Of a stretch of DNA of 64,000 nt, positions 22,931 to 38,000 are shown in pieces. Numbering within the stretch: position 1 is the first letter of the stretch; every line of letters begins with the position of its first letter. The DNA comes from Trichinella spiralis (taxonomy: Eukaryota): assembly GCF_000181795.1 (NCBI RefSeq), contig NW_003526944.1, positions 3,454,706 to 3,518,705 of the forward strand, in the 5' to 3' direction. The notes beneath the pieces are model-generated. The model saw nothing but the letters and a program-made list of their open reading frames with translations, did no database searches and was not told the DNA's origin. The position numbers were made by a program, and so were the translations under genes.

Positions 22931-25900
22931 TTGTAAGAGAATAGTGACAATACTTTTAAACTGACCAAAAATAAAATTCACTTAGTATATTATTTTAATG
23001 TAATGTAACGAAGAGTGAATGGAAAGAAAGAAATTGCATTTGTTGTGGTGCTTTTTTGCATGCAGTTGCAAATTTGCGACACCGAAATAACTAACGGACG
23101 ACAAGTTCAAACAGGTTGGTTGTCTGTCTATGCCTGCTTTCTTATTATATATGTATTGAAACGCGCGCTATAGCATTCGGATGCAGGTAGCGTTGACAAA
23201 TATGGCAACAACAACAACCGGTCGTTGGCATGGTCGTATATTTTTTAAAATATTTCAATTCTTGAACCAGAGGATAATTTTCTCAATGTAAAAAATGTAA
23301 ATGAAAAAAAGAGCAATTCGGAATAAGCAAAAAATGAACAAGCTGAAGAATAAGAAGCTTCTTGTAAACACGCATACATCATCTTAGCAGACAATTATTT
23401 GGCGACAATGCATGTGCAACATCAAAGCGAATATGCCGAACAATCTTTCATCACTGTGACTTTTTTATGAGGGGTTTTTTCTTGGTTTTTAAAACATTAC
23501 TAAAATGTGGAAATGGAAACAATTTTATTTCGAATTTAGGAAAGCTGAATCGTAATTACTAATTGAATTAGCATGAAATCTAATAAATAAAATGTTTTAT
23601 TCGATAATTTACAAACTGTAAATAATTGGCATTAAATATTCATTTAATAACTCACATAAATGTAAGTTCTACACGCACTTTTTCACATACATTGATAACA
23701 GATAGTTTTGAATTATTTTACATTTTTAATATTTTCTACTGGAAATTTTGGGAAATAAAGTTGCAAAGAAGGAAAATAGAAAAATTGACAACAAGGAAAA
23801 TTTTATAAAGTTGATATGCAAGTGAAAATTTTCTTGACGTGTCTTTCCATCACAATCAACGGTCAGCGTTATTTCATTAGTACAATTTTTACGTATGTTG
23901 AATAAAACGCGAATGGATAAAAACGAAGGGCTTAGCTGAGCATTTCTACTTTCACAGAATTTGAAAATTATCTTCTCCGATTGTTCCAACTTTACTAGAT
24001 TTTATTCATTAATGTTCAAAGATCAAAGATAGCTTCCGAATGTAAAAAGATTTTGTTTACTTCAAAGCAGACATTATTTACTACTTTTTTTGCTGCTTTG
24101 ATTGTGGTCATTAAAATTGAGAACAACAACTGTTCAAATAGTTATATCCATCATCATCATCAACGTCGTCGGAGAGTTTGTGATGGATTTGAGTTTGTAA
24201 TTTTTTTTAATGCTCAGCGGTGGATCGTTTTATCGCAAAGCAATCGGCGAGAGTTTAGCCTTTACTGGCGGGGCAGTCAAAAGCACCACTTGCACATGAT
24301 CAGAGTGACAATTGTGCGGTGTTATAAATTTATTGCTCATTTGGCCATTCTTCGGCCTCTTTATCTACATCCAATCTGTATCCGTTCGAGCTGCTGAATT
24401 GGACAGGGCAGTGGCGCTGGAGTGAAATGAAGGCAGATGCGTTTTCAATGCATTAAAAAATGTCAAATAATTTTTCTTCTATATTCACCGACTGAAGTGA
24501 AAAGAATGCAAAATCCTGTGAACAGACAGACAAGCAGGCAAATTGTGCTTTTTAGCCGGACACTTCTTAAAGCTTGTCAACAACAACAACGTGCTACTTG
24601 TTTTCTTGTGCTTTCTCTGACTTCCGGATACTTGTCAAATGTGTACTTTTTGTTTTCATCATTTCACCGTTCAAAGCATTATTTTTAATATTTAAAAACA
24701 AAACTGCACTGCTTTGTCTGTGATAAATGAATAAAGAAAGAAAAAAGAAACAACATGCAGGCAGAAAAATGATACGCGCACACGGATGGATGCTTTCAAG
24801 CGTGAAGCTTAGTTTACTAGTTGCATTTTGAAACTGTCATTTCGAATTATACTCAGCAGCAGCAGCAGAAACTATGGGTGAAATAAAATGGAAGAAAGCA
24901 ACAATTACGAACGTGAAAGAAAAATTTCAATTTTCTTTCAAAAAGTCTGAGAAAAGGGAGGTATAGAGTGAGAAGGAGATATTTTAAAATGAATTTCATT
25001 ATGTCACCAGTGAATGTTTGTAATAAATGATAAAAACAGTATTTTTTTATTAGAAAATATACTTCATGCTTTCCATTTTTAAATAGTCAAACTACGATTG
25101 TGTGAATTTTACAAACGTTTCAAATACATATATATATTCATTATACATAATAATTCTGGCGAATGTAGTGGGCTGTAAAAATATTCCTCTTACTTACTTA
25201 CTTTTTCAAAATATTAATCACAAAATTTCACTTGACACTTCACTTCTTCTGATCGTTTTTTCCAAATTTAAGATTTACAACAAGCTAGATCGAGTTATTT
25301 TTTGTTTTTTTCTTTTGAGACATGCTTGTGAAATCATATATTTTTCATAAAATCTGACTTTACGACAGTGATACAGACAGTGAGTGTAGTTTGATAATAT
25401 AAAAAAATTAATTTTTTTCAATGATTAATCTGAAATTAAATTTAGCGAAGGTCAAGTGTAAAAGGTGTTGAACTGCTGAAATTGATCACCGATTCATGTA
25501 TCTGTGAAATAGCCAACTAAAACTAATAATACAGTTGCTCGCTCGCATGTTGGATGATTATGGAATAATAAGAAAAAGAAAGACAAAAAGCATACACCAA
25601 GCAACCAAGCGTTGGGGTTTTATGTAAAAAATAACAGGAAATGATCGGAAGTAAGAGGAGAATAGGATCGCGGTGGACGGATGGATCACACAGCGTTTGT
25701 CATTCGAATCTCGCACAACCTTGCCCGGGAGACCTGAGCAGCTTAAGCTTTGCGAATAAACACCAGCTTCTTGGCCTTATATTTATGAAACGCGCGACCT
25801 GAAGTTTGTGCACAGGATTACCGTTCGCTAATGTTTACACACAAGTATGGCATGTATCCATGCATGTGTCTGTGTCGTGTATATGGACTGTGTGTGCTTT

Positions 25901-26682
25901 GTTCACCTCCATTTATGCATATAAAATTATGCGTGTCTGTATTGTATGTATGTATGTATGTATGTATGTACAGATGAATTGTATGAAGTAGAAGAAGAAG
26001 AAGAAGAAGTTTTCTGAATGTCAATGATGACGAGCTGTCAAATTGGTAAAGTTGACATGTCGGCGTTTTCAAATTGCACCTTAGGACCTAACGGAGCGTT
26101 GATATTCGTGTGTCAAATCGCCTCCGCGCTTTCTTCTACATTCAAACAAACCCATTAGTAGAGTGGGATTTAAGAAAACAGCTTCCATTGAACGCTCGGT
26201 TAAGCTGGATAGGATGTTTTTGTTGTTCTGTTGAAAGTCCGACCAGAAGCAGACTTTTTTCTCTCTCCACGAAAGTACTGTTTTAACTTTTGAAGAAAAC
26301 TAATGCGTGTGTCCTTGTTTTTGTGATTTGATGAATGATGAATGCCACTACGTTTTGAAATGGACAACGTAAAATTTAGAAAAAGAAAAAAATTTAAATT
26401 TGTCAAATCGTTACACATATCTCCCTCTTTCTGTATTCATGAAATTGCATCGAATGTTTTCTTTAGATTTGAAAAGCGGTATTCCATAAAAAATTAAAAT
26501 TAATGCCTATTTTGGTGTATAATTTAAAATAAAAAACTATTAACTGTTATATCCTATCTGCTGTTGAGGAGAAGAAAACTTACCTTAAGCTCCGGTGCAT
26601 ATTGGCATGTTGGAGAAGGATCGTCGAAAACATCGTCTTCTTCAATTGTTGAACAAAGCACTGGTTCCAAAGTGCCATCCAT
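18853..26682 (-). CDS. KLF5: Kruppel-like factor, KLF5-like, ~431 aa, 4 coding exons
   Basis: Exons 26682-26584, 21168-20340, 20258-20199, 19160-18853 with phase-compatible GT-AG introns. [43 protein letters not shown]...[22 protein letters not shown]...[12 protein letters not shown] matches the KLF5 pre-finger and three C2H2 fingers; polyQ, polyA and polyT tracts in exon 2. Exon 1 assignment is less certain. Confidence 0.93.
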
Positions 26683-27642
26683 ATTCCAATTGTGTGAGAT
26701 TTTTTATCTGCTAAAGAAAAAAACCGTTTATCCACAAACACACACACACACACACATTGCACGGATATGTGCGTTTTAAGCATAGATAGATAGATGGTGA
26801 AGGTGAAGGGTTTTTTTGACGATTTTCTGCTGGGACGTTTTCGGTCGACTTTTTACCTTTCTATAGATGGTGGTGGTGGTGGTGATTGGTCTTCGGTCAA
26901 ATTCGAAATCGACCTCCGCAACAACCAAGCACACTGCTAAGTAAGTAGCTTCAATTCCACTTGGCCGTGATTGTTCATTCACCGATTTGACAGTAAAGTT
27001 ATCAATGAAAGCGAGTTTTCGTTCCAACGATTGGATTGGACGATTTCGCCAGAGGGCGTGGCCGAATCCTGAACTTTCATTGGTCAACGCTTGCTATCCT
27101 GTTCCGAGAGATGAAGCCCCGGGCGGTTCCAGGTCGACGTGCTGCTGTCAAAGCAGGTGTCCCAAAATTTTTATGCCCCAACTCGTGCCGGAGCAGGGCT
27201 TTCGAAAAACCGGCTTCAATGAAGCGCCGAATTTTAGCAGGGTCCCTCTTGATTCTTTTTTTTACTTAATAAACATGTAAAGTTATTATCAGGAAAACTT
27301 TCTGTTCTATAATGTTTTGACTTGTTAATAATAACATTATTTTGCCTTTTTTTTATCAAGTAAGCAATGAATGAGTATGAGATGAAGATCTTTCAATGAG
27401 TGTAAATGAAGATAATTGACTTTCGGTATATCGACTTATCAGATTCATAAATTGAACCATATCGATAAGCTGAAATTATTATTATTATTATTATTAATTC
27501 AATCACACTAAAGTGTACTGTATATTTTTTGATGACACTTTGAAGAAATGTTTTGGTTCATCGCATTTTTCCATCGACGCCAGGCTGTCTGTTGCGCCGC
27601 AACGACTACGAACTGGCATTGCTTTTGGCCATCGCATCGGCA

Positions 27643-27697
27643 AGATAGATAGATAGATAGATAGATAGACAGACAGATAGATAGATAGATGGATAGA
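27643..27697. repeat. (GATA/GACA)n microsatellite
   Basis: Visible run AGATAGATAGAT...AGACAGACAGATAGAT. Confidence 0.9.
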
Positions 27698-30600
27698 TTT
27701 CAACAAATCGGCAAAATTCAAGATTGGAAGAAAAAATTGCAATTGTGCATTTCACTATTTCATAATTGAATCACAATTGTTGAATTGATTTATAATATAT
27801 CCGTTGAAAAAAGAAGTCAACAAACAGACAGCATGCAATTGAAAAATCTGCAAATGATTGCTGTTGTATTATGCATTCATCGTATGATTGGATTTTGTGG
27901 GAAAATTTTCCATTTTTGACAGTTTTTTTAATAGATAAATTGCTGCAATGTTGACGAAAGTATTTTCATTTATTCTTTTTTTTTCGAAACATCAAATGCT
28001 GCATCCATTGGATTCATTGGTTTGGAACAGTGATTTTCAGGTTGCGGTTGATCGCTTTCAGTTGAGAGCTTTATGCGTTATAGCCGATGCCGACTGACGT
28101 TTGTATTTGCAATTGATTAATTTTTCATAATCTTTTGAAAAATGCCGAAAAGACTAGAATAAATAATAAAGCTTGATAATAGTGTAAACTTTTGCATGGC
28201 AAAAAATATGGTGATGCGAAAAGGGACCAATCAAAAAAAAGTGGCAATTTTCCACAGATAAATTGTGCATAAATGAAATTGTGAACTTTGATGATAGTTT
28301 GGTACAAAAATTGGGCCATTTGATCTCAGGCATGCTGATGATTAGGGGAGAGATTGGTGAAATTAATTTCCTCTCTCGAGACAGCTGTTGCTTGTGTCAA
28401 GAAGCCGTTAATAATTTGCTACCGATGCTTTGCACCGTTTTGTTCCAGTTTCTTGTTTCCTTCTTGCCGCTGCTTTGAAGTTAATGTTGCTGTTACCTGT
28501 CAACAGAAGTAATTTATTTAATTTAAACAATTTAACGTGTTTTATGAAAATTATTATTATTATTATTATTATCTCAACTGCTCTTACACTGTGCCAATAA
28601 TTATAATACAAGATTGTCAACTTTTGCAAGTAGAGATTGAAGCAAAAGTGGAAGGGGGGAAATTTTGTTCATTAATTTGTTTGCTTGTTTATTTCAACGT
28701 TTCCGTTGTGCTTTTCGTGTTTTGAATATTTGCAAAAAAATAAAAGCCAAAAAAATTGTCACTTGTCACATGTGTTTGTTTGTCGATTTCTTTTTTCACA
28801 GAATAGCTTCAATTTGGTTGGGAAATTTTGTTAAATTGAATTTTTTTTTCCTCCTCTTCCACTTGTAAAAGTGCGAAATGTTATTTTGAGAGCATCTTTT
28901 AAATTGAAAAACAAAAAGTTTTCCATCACTATTCGTTGGTTTCTTATTACTAGAAACAGAAGTTTTCATAATTATTATGCAAATTTCGAATTTCATCTTT
29001 TTGCAATAAATACAACACGAAGCATATCGAGTTGCAATTGTATTTCTGTTGCATAATACGGTTCAGTGAATTTAAGTTTATTAGTGTGAGTTGCAGCTGG
29101 ATTTTTAAACTGAATGAAATTGAATTTAAATGAAAATTTTAAAATAAACATTATTATTATTATTAGCAAAATTGGGGGTTTTTTCTTGGGTTTCTCGTTT
29201 CAAATTTGAACTGAAGGCGTGAAGAAAATAGTTATTTTCAAGAAGGGCATCCGGTTGACTTATTTTGCATCTTAATCAACAGCAACTGACCTGTTGTCGT
29301 TTAAAATTATATTACCAAAATACAGACTTCATTGAAATCTAGTTTTGATGCTTTTATTCTCATTTTATTTTATTTTATCATTAGCTCATTATTGAAAAAT
29401 AACTTTAAATTGCTTTTTTATTATTTTATTTTTAAATTTATTCAGTTCAGCAATGCAATAATGTAAAAAAGAATAATAATAATAAAATTGCAAATGGGTG
29501 CAAAGTAAAAATGATCACTCTGTTGAAAATAGCATGTTCTATGATGAATGATTGATGATGATGATGAATTTTCAGTTTAGCGTATACTTATTATATGTTG
29601 TTATTATTCATAAATATGCCATGCAATAGATTGTTACACTGAGAAGTATTGTTCATTTATATATTTATTCATATTTACATTGCATGCAAACATACATTAC
29701 TGACCATTAATAATTTGATAAATAATCAAATGTTGAACTTTTCCCACTTTGTGCTTCATTGATGTAACTTATACTATAAGTTGTGTTTTATGAATGAAAA
29801 TTGTTTTCTTCTTCTTCTTCTCATTTTGCAAATACATATATATATATTGTATTCAATGTAAAATTGAAATAGTTTACGCATGCACACACACACAGTTGTA
29901 TGCAAATGAATGAAAAATGTGTAACAACAGCAACAAAAAGTGAACAGTATAACATTGTATTGGTTGTTGTGGTAAAAGGGTTGATACAGGAGGAAGGTTT
30001 GAATGAATGAATGAATCTGATCAGATTAGTAAGTAGTATTTTTGCAAGATGGGAAAAAGTTGAATGTCTTTTTAGACCGACGGCAATTTTTGACAGATTG
30101 TTGTCAGCAATTTTCCATTGAAGCAGAATTGAGAGAGAGAAATTGTTGCATGCATGCTCAGCACTGGCGTTGTACTGGTGCTGCTGCTGCTCTTCACTGT
30201 AGCCGCTTGTTCAGCTTCAGTTCACCCGTTCCAAACCAACTCGGGCGTCGATCAATTTAATCAGGCTTCTGCAAATTGATGCTCCAAGAACCTGTTCACA
30301 GGTTGTACGCGCATCATCCCCCCTTTTTCTTTCACCATTTTCAATGAATGACATTTTACGGCTCATTTTCATTTTTACAATCAAGACTTGCCGCCGTTGC
30401 ATGCTGGAGATGCGTTGAAATTGTTTCACCATTTTTCTTTTTTCCAACACACTGCTTGATGNNNNNNNNNNNNNNNNNNNNNNNNNNNNNNNNNNNNNNN
30501 NNNNNNNNNNNNNNNNNNNNNNNNNNNNNNNNNNNNNNNNNNNNNNNNNNNNNNNNNNNNNNNNNNNNNNNNNNNNNNNNNNNNNNTGAATGACATTTTA

Positions 30601-31722
30601 CGGATCATTTTCCATTATACAAATCGAAATTTGCCGCCGTTGGATGCCTGGGGATGCGTTGAAAATAGTTTCGCCATTTTTCTTTTTTCCCAACACACTG
30701 CTTGATGGTGTTTATTCTGATATTCTGCTCTACTCTGTTTTGCTCTGCACAATTGCCAAATAACAACTTCATCATCACGTGCGAAAAATTACATTTTTTT
30801 TGAAAAATTATACAAACAAATAAATAAATTTTATTTTTTACATCTGGAAAGTATCACCAAAAGTTTTATCATCACATCTCTCAGTGTTCCCAGTTGCTGA
30901 CTGGACTGAGTTCATTGAAATCATTCCAAAATTGCACGCTTGATTTCTAGTCTTCAAAACTGCTGCTCCCCCACTTGCATTTTTATTTCACCACCAAATA
31001 AAATTTTCACAAACTTTGGCTGTTGTCCTGATTTTATTTCCACTTTTATTATTCAAATGCAATAAATTTAAAACGATCATATATATGTATATATGTGCAT
31101 CTAACTCACTTGACGGTTTTTTATTATTACTTTAATACATATTTATTATTTATTTCATTGCTTGGAAACTATTTCATCCAGTAGTAAAACTGTTCAACAA
31201 ACGTCTCGACAGACCTGAATTATGCTCGCATTGATGGGGCAATAAATTTTATTTTCACCATTTATTTTGCCTCTTATCTCAGCGTTTGCTCATTATTAAC
31301 GTTTAGTGGTGATTTTTTTTTCTTTCCTTTTCTTTTCTATTCTTGCTTCGGAAATTCTACGCTGTCACTTACTTAATATTGTGCACAGCAAAAAAGAAAT
31401 ACCAATCAAACTAATACAAAATACACTACAGTATTACAAAATTGATGTTCAAGTACCGTTGTTTGTAAACATTGAGTAATATTATAAATGAAAAATGAAT
31501 TTTTTTTCCTAGTCAGTCACTTGTGCATTGGAAGAATGATAACGTGAAATTAGTTTGAATTCTTTTTTTCAATTTTTCAATTCAAATATTTACGTACATT
31601 GCAAAATTTCAAACATCACACTTTTATTCAGTTAATTCCTATCATCATTATCATCATTAAGCGAATCATTGAAGTAATTTTCAACTGAAAACAAAAACGC
31701 AATTTCATAGGTTGTCAGAGAA

Positions 31723-32971
31723 TTATTCTGCTGGAATGTACCAAATTGGAACGTAGTCAGGGCATTTACATATTTGAGGCAAAGTTGTCGAATCTTCCGT
31801 CGAGTTGCTGTGGTCGGGTTGAAATTTCAAAAACGATTTCGAAGCAAAACAGTCTTCAGATAGCAGCGTTTTTGTAAAGCAAAGCCGAATGTCCGCCAGT
31901 AGCCATCGCTTATAGCACTGTTAGGTAGTAGAAAAGAAAAAATTATAGCTTTCATTTGTTAATAATTTGCTTTTGGACTTTACTAGAAAAACAATTTCAC
32001 TGTTTACATATTCGATTCAATTCACAGTGAAAAAGCTTTACAGTTTTGTATTTGTCTTACTTTTTCAAAAGTACAGCTAACGGTGGGCCAAACTTGAATC
32101 GCTTTCTTAACCGCTAGTGCAAAGTCGCTTGCCTTGTAGCTGTTTTTCAGTGTAGGGACAATTCCATTCATTTTCAAAATTCTAATAAAAACTTGAAGAT
32201 CAAAACTCGATCAATTTATCCATCGGGAATAACTTACAAATCGACACTGTACAGGAGCTTCAGTTGAATCCCCAATTGGAAATACTTGAACGCAGATGTA
32301 GAATCGAGAGTTCCAAATGCGCATGTTCCGTGCTTCAGCCATTCATGGCGCCTTTAAATTGTGATACTTTATGTGAATATGTGAATTTTACAAGAACTCT
32401 TTAAGTTCAAATGTAACTTTTCATTTAATAAAGAAAGAAGACTTTAAAATGAAAAACGTTTTTACCATAAACTTGATTCAGATTTATTCTTTAACAGATT
32501 TGGCCAGAACGTATTTAGCGATGGAATTATTTGCTGAAATTGATTGAACAGTAGTTTATTATGTCAGTGTTGATTTGTTTTGTCAATTAAACAATTTCTA
32601 TATACTTTCAGATCATTCACATGGAAGCCTGTTTCATTATAACAAAATGCTGGTGAAGCATGTTGTGATTTACTAAACGAGGGCCTGAAATAAATAAAAC
32701 ATGAAATGGATATATATATATATATATGTTCACTTTAAGATCAACACAATACAATGCTTACCACAAGCCATGTATTGTCCATTGCTTAAAAGATTTCAAG
32801 CAAGGCGTTGTCTGAGATATGGAAACAACGTATTAGAAATAAAGGTGAACAGTTGTAAAGTAATGAAAATAAATTACATACTTCCCCTTCTCCTACAAAG
32901 CAAATACCTGGTGGCCAAACTTGCGTGAAAACGTAATAATCCCACGTCCCGCCACAGCAGACTAATGTTAG
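31723..32971 (-). CDS. RNASET2: Ribonuclease T2 family enzyme (7 exons traced; start exon not located)
   Basis: WDYYVFTQVWPPGIC, CAS I WTIHGLWP, FWPNL, CAS II LWRHEWLKHGTC, DIRLCF; spliced frame is continuous to TAA at 31725-31723. Confidence 0.95.
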
Positions 32972-35056
32972 CTGCCAAAAATTTATTAGATACAATAGGT
33001 GGTGATCCAGACTAAAAATTGTTTTTCTCCATCAAATTGTTCATTCAATTAAATTAAAAAACAAATTATTTATAATAAGCAAATGATTTCAACATAATAG
33101 CATATCATTGTCACTTAATTTAATTATATTATTTATTATTCATTTATTAAATAAACTTTTTTTTCTTTCTTTTCAATGGCAGCGATCCGTACAGCACCAC
33201 TAGAGTATTCCTAGATGGCATCATTGGTCGAGCACAAAAATTAAAAATGAAAAGATTAGCAGCCAAGAAAATCTGGCAGAAGATCAAATGAAATGAAATT
33301 AAACAGCCGAGGCAGTTTGAACTAGTGGTACTTTGTTCAACAAGAGATGAGCTAAGTAGATTATTAATAATATTGATAACACTAAAAGAAAGGCAAATTG
33401 CAAGGTAGAAAAGTAAACAAATGCGTGATATGCCTCGGCAGGAAAGCAATAAAATTTGCATAACAATTCAGTAAACGGCTAATCAAATCGAGGGTAAACA
33501 TAGTAGATATATATATTCTCGATAATACTATAATAAAGCGGCAGATGAACAACAAAATGGAGAAGAAAAGCATGGAAGCGAATATTTTCACTCAACCCGT
33601 TATCTAGAATGTGGAGCAAAGCAGAAGCCGTGCTACAATGATGTCAAAGCAGAGTTGAAAGCAAATACAATTTTGGTAAGTGTCAATGATTATTGTTTAG
33701 CATTGTGAAAATGTACATACACACACACACATATACATGTAAGCGATACATCAACTGCAATCTATGAGAGGCCATCATATAAAATGAATAAGTTGTAAAT
33801 AATTATTGAGAACATATTATGCGTGATAGAATAACGTTCAAATTAAAGATAAAATGGGCTTTCTTCGCGAAAAATTGATTTACGTCGTCATTTCAGCATT
33901 GTCATTTTTCACCAAAGTATTGACGCATGCCTAAAAAGTTTACACATATTATCAAATTAAATATTAAAAAAAATTTCTTCTTCAACACAGAAATTGTGAA
34001 AAAGAAATCGCAAATTATTATTATTAAGCGTATTTTGAAAATGGAAATTATTTTTTTAAAATGAAAGAGAATGAAATTTCTTTAAAAATTTGCAATTTTT
34101 CTAATACAATTTCAAATAATAATCAATAAATAATTTGTAGCTTTCATGCAAATTGATAACAATTGTCAAAATTATATTCATTTTCTTCTTCTACGCTTCG
34201 AATTGTGCAAACTGTTCGTTGAAATCGATTTGTTCAAACTTGGAACAAAATAAACACCACCACCAGTATGCACGAGATCAAAATTAATATTGGTGCGCGT
34301 TTGTTTGCTTTTCTACTATTGCATAACCCAGGTGCAGGTGTAAAATCGTTTGTGCTAACTTTATAATTTCTACATAGTCATAATTATAAATTATTCCATT
34401 ATTCTAATCTACTATTTATTCAAATTGTCTGCTTGTTCATCATATTCTTTTCTTTCGCTTATTCAATTGCATTTCTCCATATAAACTAAGTGCAACTAGC
34501 AAAAATAGCGATGCAACAATGCGAGTGTACTCAAGCAGTATAAAATGCTTTTCTTGCAACGAAGATTATTTCAACCAAGCACCATTAGCATCATCATCAT
34601 CACTACGGGAAAACTAGCTTCTGGTGCAATCGTTTTCTCGATGTTGTTCATGCACATATCATAGAAACGTTTGCCGCTATATATAAATGTAAACAGTTGT
34701 TCAGTTTTGAAGAGATTTCGCCATTTATCTTTCCCCTTGTTAGCATTGCTTCTTCATCATTATCACCATCATCTTATTCTTCTTATTCTCTTGACATTTG
34801 TAAACAATATCAATCTCTAGTACCCGACCAGTAAACAGAAGCATCTAACTGGAAGATGGATCACTTGTTTTCACATGTACTCGACGTTGAAGAAAATAAG
34901 TATCCGACAAATAAAACCCCTGCACCGTCGTCAATGAAGAAAAACAACAGAGTTTAACATATTCAAATGTACCGTCGATGAAGGGAAATAATGAAACAAA
35001 CGAACATACATACATACAGATAACTATTATAATTAAATCATCCCTGAATTGCTTAC

Positions 35057-38000
35057 ATTCGAGAATTTCTGCTTTAGCGCGAGAAACTTCCTCTTTCATG
35101 CAGAGTATGATTTCCATTTTTATCTGCTCAAGTGGATCATTCGACTGACCGTTGACAACAACTGCGCCAGATGAAGCTGTACGCAATGCCATTCCGTCAT
35201 CTTGGGAACTGAGTGATGAACCGCTTGGAGCTCTGAACACCGACAATCAGAAAAGAAATAAAACACCGATCATCATACATGCTATACTCACTTGCGATGC
35301 ACTTGCGGTGAATCTGTGTTAACCGGTGCGCAGCTAAGCCTACCTCCTGCACTGGATCGATTTTCGAAATTTTTTCTTATTTCTAATAATTATAATAATA
35401 ATTATAGCAATCTTGTTTTTAAGTGCAAGCGATTAATAAGCATTATTTTACCTGGATCAGATCGAGGCGTATTTTCTTGATCAGCATTCACCTCACTGAC
35501 AGCACTGGATGGCGACTGATTTCCTCCTCCTTCTTTGAGTAGATTCCGTCTCGCAATGGCGGATGTGATTTCTGATATGATCGAATGATGAGCTGGACTG
35601 GATATAGTTCCGAAACGATTCAAATTTGCCGTTTCGGTAATGCTACCGGTTGAGCTGGATCTGGCATTTTTCACTTCATCCGGAACTGGGCGCAATTTTG
35701 CACTGGCCAACGCCTGCGCCATCGACTGCCTGCTCGGTGTAGAGGTAGTCATGGATCGTGTGGGCGGTGGTGGTGCCGGCGGTGGATCGCTCATAACTTG
35801 GGCCCTGGTAGAAGCCGGTGGAATCGGCCTCTTGCACTGACCGTAAGCAGCTTGAGAAGAAGCCGGCTGTATCGTTGGTGGCATTGGTGCTGTTGGCTTC
35901 GACGGACTCGAAGCCAGAGTACCTTGGCTAACAGTTTTGCCACCACCGCTCATTGAACAATAAGCACTGTTGTTCGCTGGAAAAGAGAAACAACAACAAC
36001 AAAATGTTGTGTGTAAAATTATCAGTTTAGTTTTTTCAAACCACTATTTTCTTGTTGAATTGGTCTTCGGAGGTCGAAATTGTCCATTCGCATTTCCATA
36101 TTATCCTGAAGAACGGATGTTGTATTTCCATTTACAGTTTGACGAGAAACCGTCACTGAGCCTTGTTCTGTATATGCCATGCTTGGACGATTTACATTTG
36201 ATTGGGCTTAAATTGACTATTGAAGTGAAAAAACCGAAACATTTGAACAAAAAAAGTTTACCCTGAGTTCGATAAGAATTGATCATTTCCAAAACGCGAC
36301 TCATCACCGTACCGAACGTTACCGCATCTTCCAGATTCAAAAAGTTCAATCCGTACAATTTTTGATTTATATGATCACGCCATTGATGAAAAGTGTCGCT
36401 TGTAAAATTGTATTTTAAACCAGGTATAATAGCGCAGTTGATTACCACCTAAATTGAAAAACAAAATTCATTTTCATGCAAAGCTGTTTGTTCAAACTGT
36501 TCATTCAATAATTCTATGCAATATTCCTCATAAATAGGCCACCAATCACATTTCAAATAATTGACTTGTCAGGAATGTACGAAAATGTAACATTCGTCTC
36601 TTAGAAAAAATAAATATAGCAACAGATTATAATGCTGCAAGCACATTTCGAAATGACTATAAAAAGAGATTGTAAATTAAACTTACATCGTGGTCTTGTA
36701 ATTTTCTTCCAACAACACGAAAAGTATTGTTTTCAACATGATGCAAGATCTGCACTTTTGACATTTCCTGGATTTTGCTTCCTCCAGCTGGTAACCATTT
36801 CTTAATCGCATCGTCATAGTTGAGAACACTAGCTTGAATGGCGACCATTGATTTTTCACTGTAAAAGAAAAAATTTCTCGCATTGCATACAAACACCAGA
36901 ACATGGTATTTAAAAGAGTAAATATAACTTTAAATATTCCTGAAATGCAGTAATTTTTAATTTAAATCACTTTTTAATTATTATTTTGAAACTAAATTAA
37001 TATAACTGATCCTATGTTGTACGCAACTGCTAATTCGGTCTTTCATCGATTTCTTCAAAAATAGCATTTTCTCTTAATGATTGGACATTCGCAATGTTGA
37101 ACAACGAAAAGATTGCTCGCTCACAAATGGAATCCNNNNNNNNNNNNNNNNNNNNNNNNNNNNNNNNNNNNNNNNNNNNNNNNNNNNNNNNNNNNNNNNN
37201 NNNNNNNNNNNNNNNNNNNNNNNNNNNNNNNNNNNNNNNNNNNNNNNNNNNNNNNNNNNNNNNNNNNNNNNNNNNNNNNNNNNNNNNNNNNNNNNNNNNN
37301 NNNNNNNNNNNNNNNNNNNNNNNNNNNNNNNNNNNNNNNNNNNNNNNNNNNNNNNNNNNNNNNNNNNNNNNNNNNNNNNNNNNNNNNNNNNNNNNNNNNN
37401 NNNNNNNNNNNNNNNNNNNNNNNNNNNNNNNNNNCATTAAGCATTCATGCCGTGAAGTAGCGATTCAAAGAATCAATTTTTAAAGGAAAAACTAAAAAAC
37501 GTGTGCATTTGCCAACCAACCTGTGGATCGGCACCTGTCAAAATCATGCGTCTAATCAATCTTTCGCTAAACGATTGAATCATTCAACCTACCTTTAAGA
37601 ACGCAGCACAAAAAACGGGTATAGAAAAAAGTGCGCTAACCACACGCTTGTGCACATACTCATAGTTATGATTATTTATGTATATTTTTAGAAAACAAAC
37701 AAAACGCAACCATACATTGAGTGCAGTCCATTGTTTTTCAATTAACTAATAATAAGTCTTTTAAATATTGCAACAAATTTGTTGTCGAAATTCTATAAAA
37801 TTAAATTTAAACGAAATCATACAGATACAGATATAGATAGTAATAAAAATTCATACCCACATATATATATATATATATATATGAATTTTTATCACTACCT
37901 ATATGTGTATCTGTATATATCTATGCGGAAACTGTTATAAAAAAATTAGCAACATATTAGAAACTAATAAAAAAAATAATATCACCTCTGCTTGATATTT

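Noticed and set aside
30343..30707. ~120-bp direct repeat on both sides of the N gap
   Set aside because: Second copy is an error-rich version of the first; typical unmerged contig overlap.
37030..37483. Long ORFs in the track
   Set aside because: Made almost entirely of N bases.
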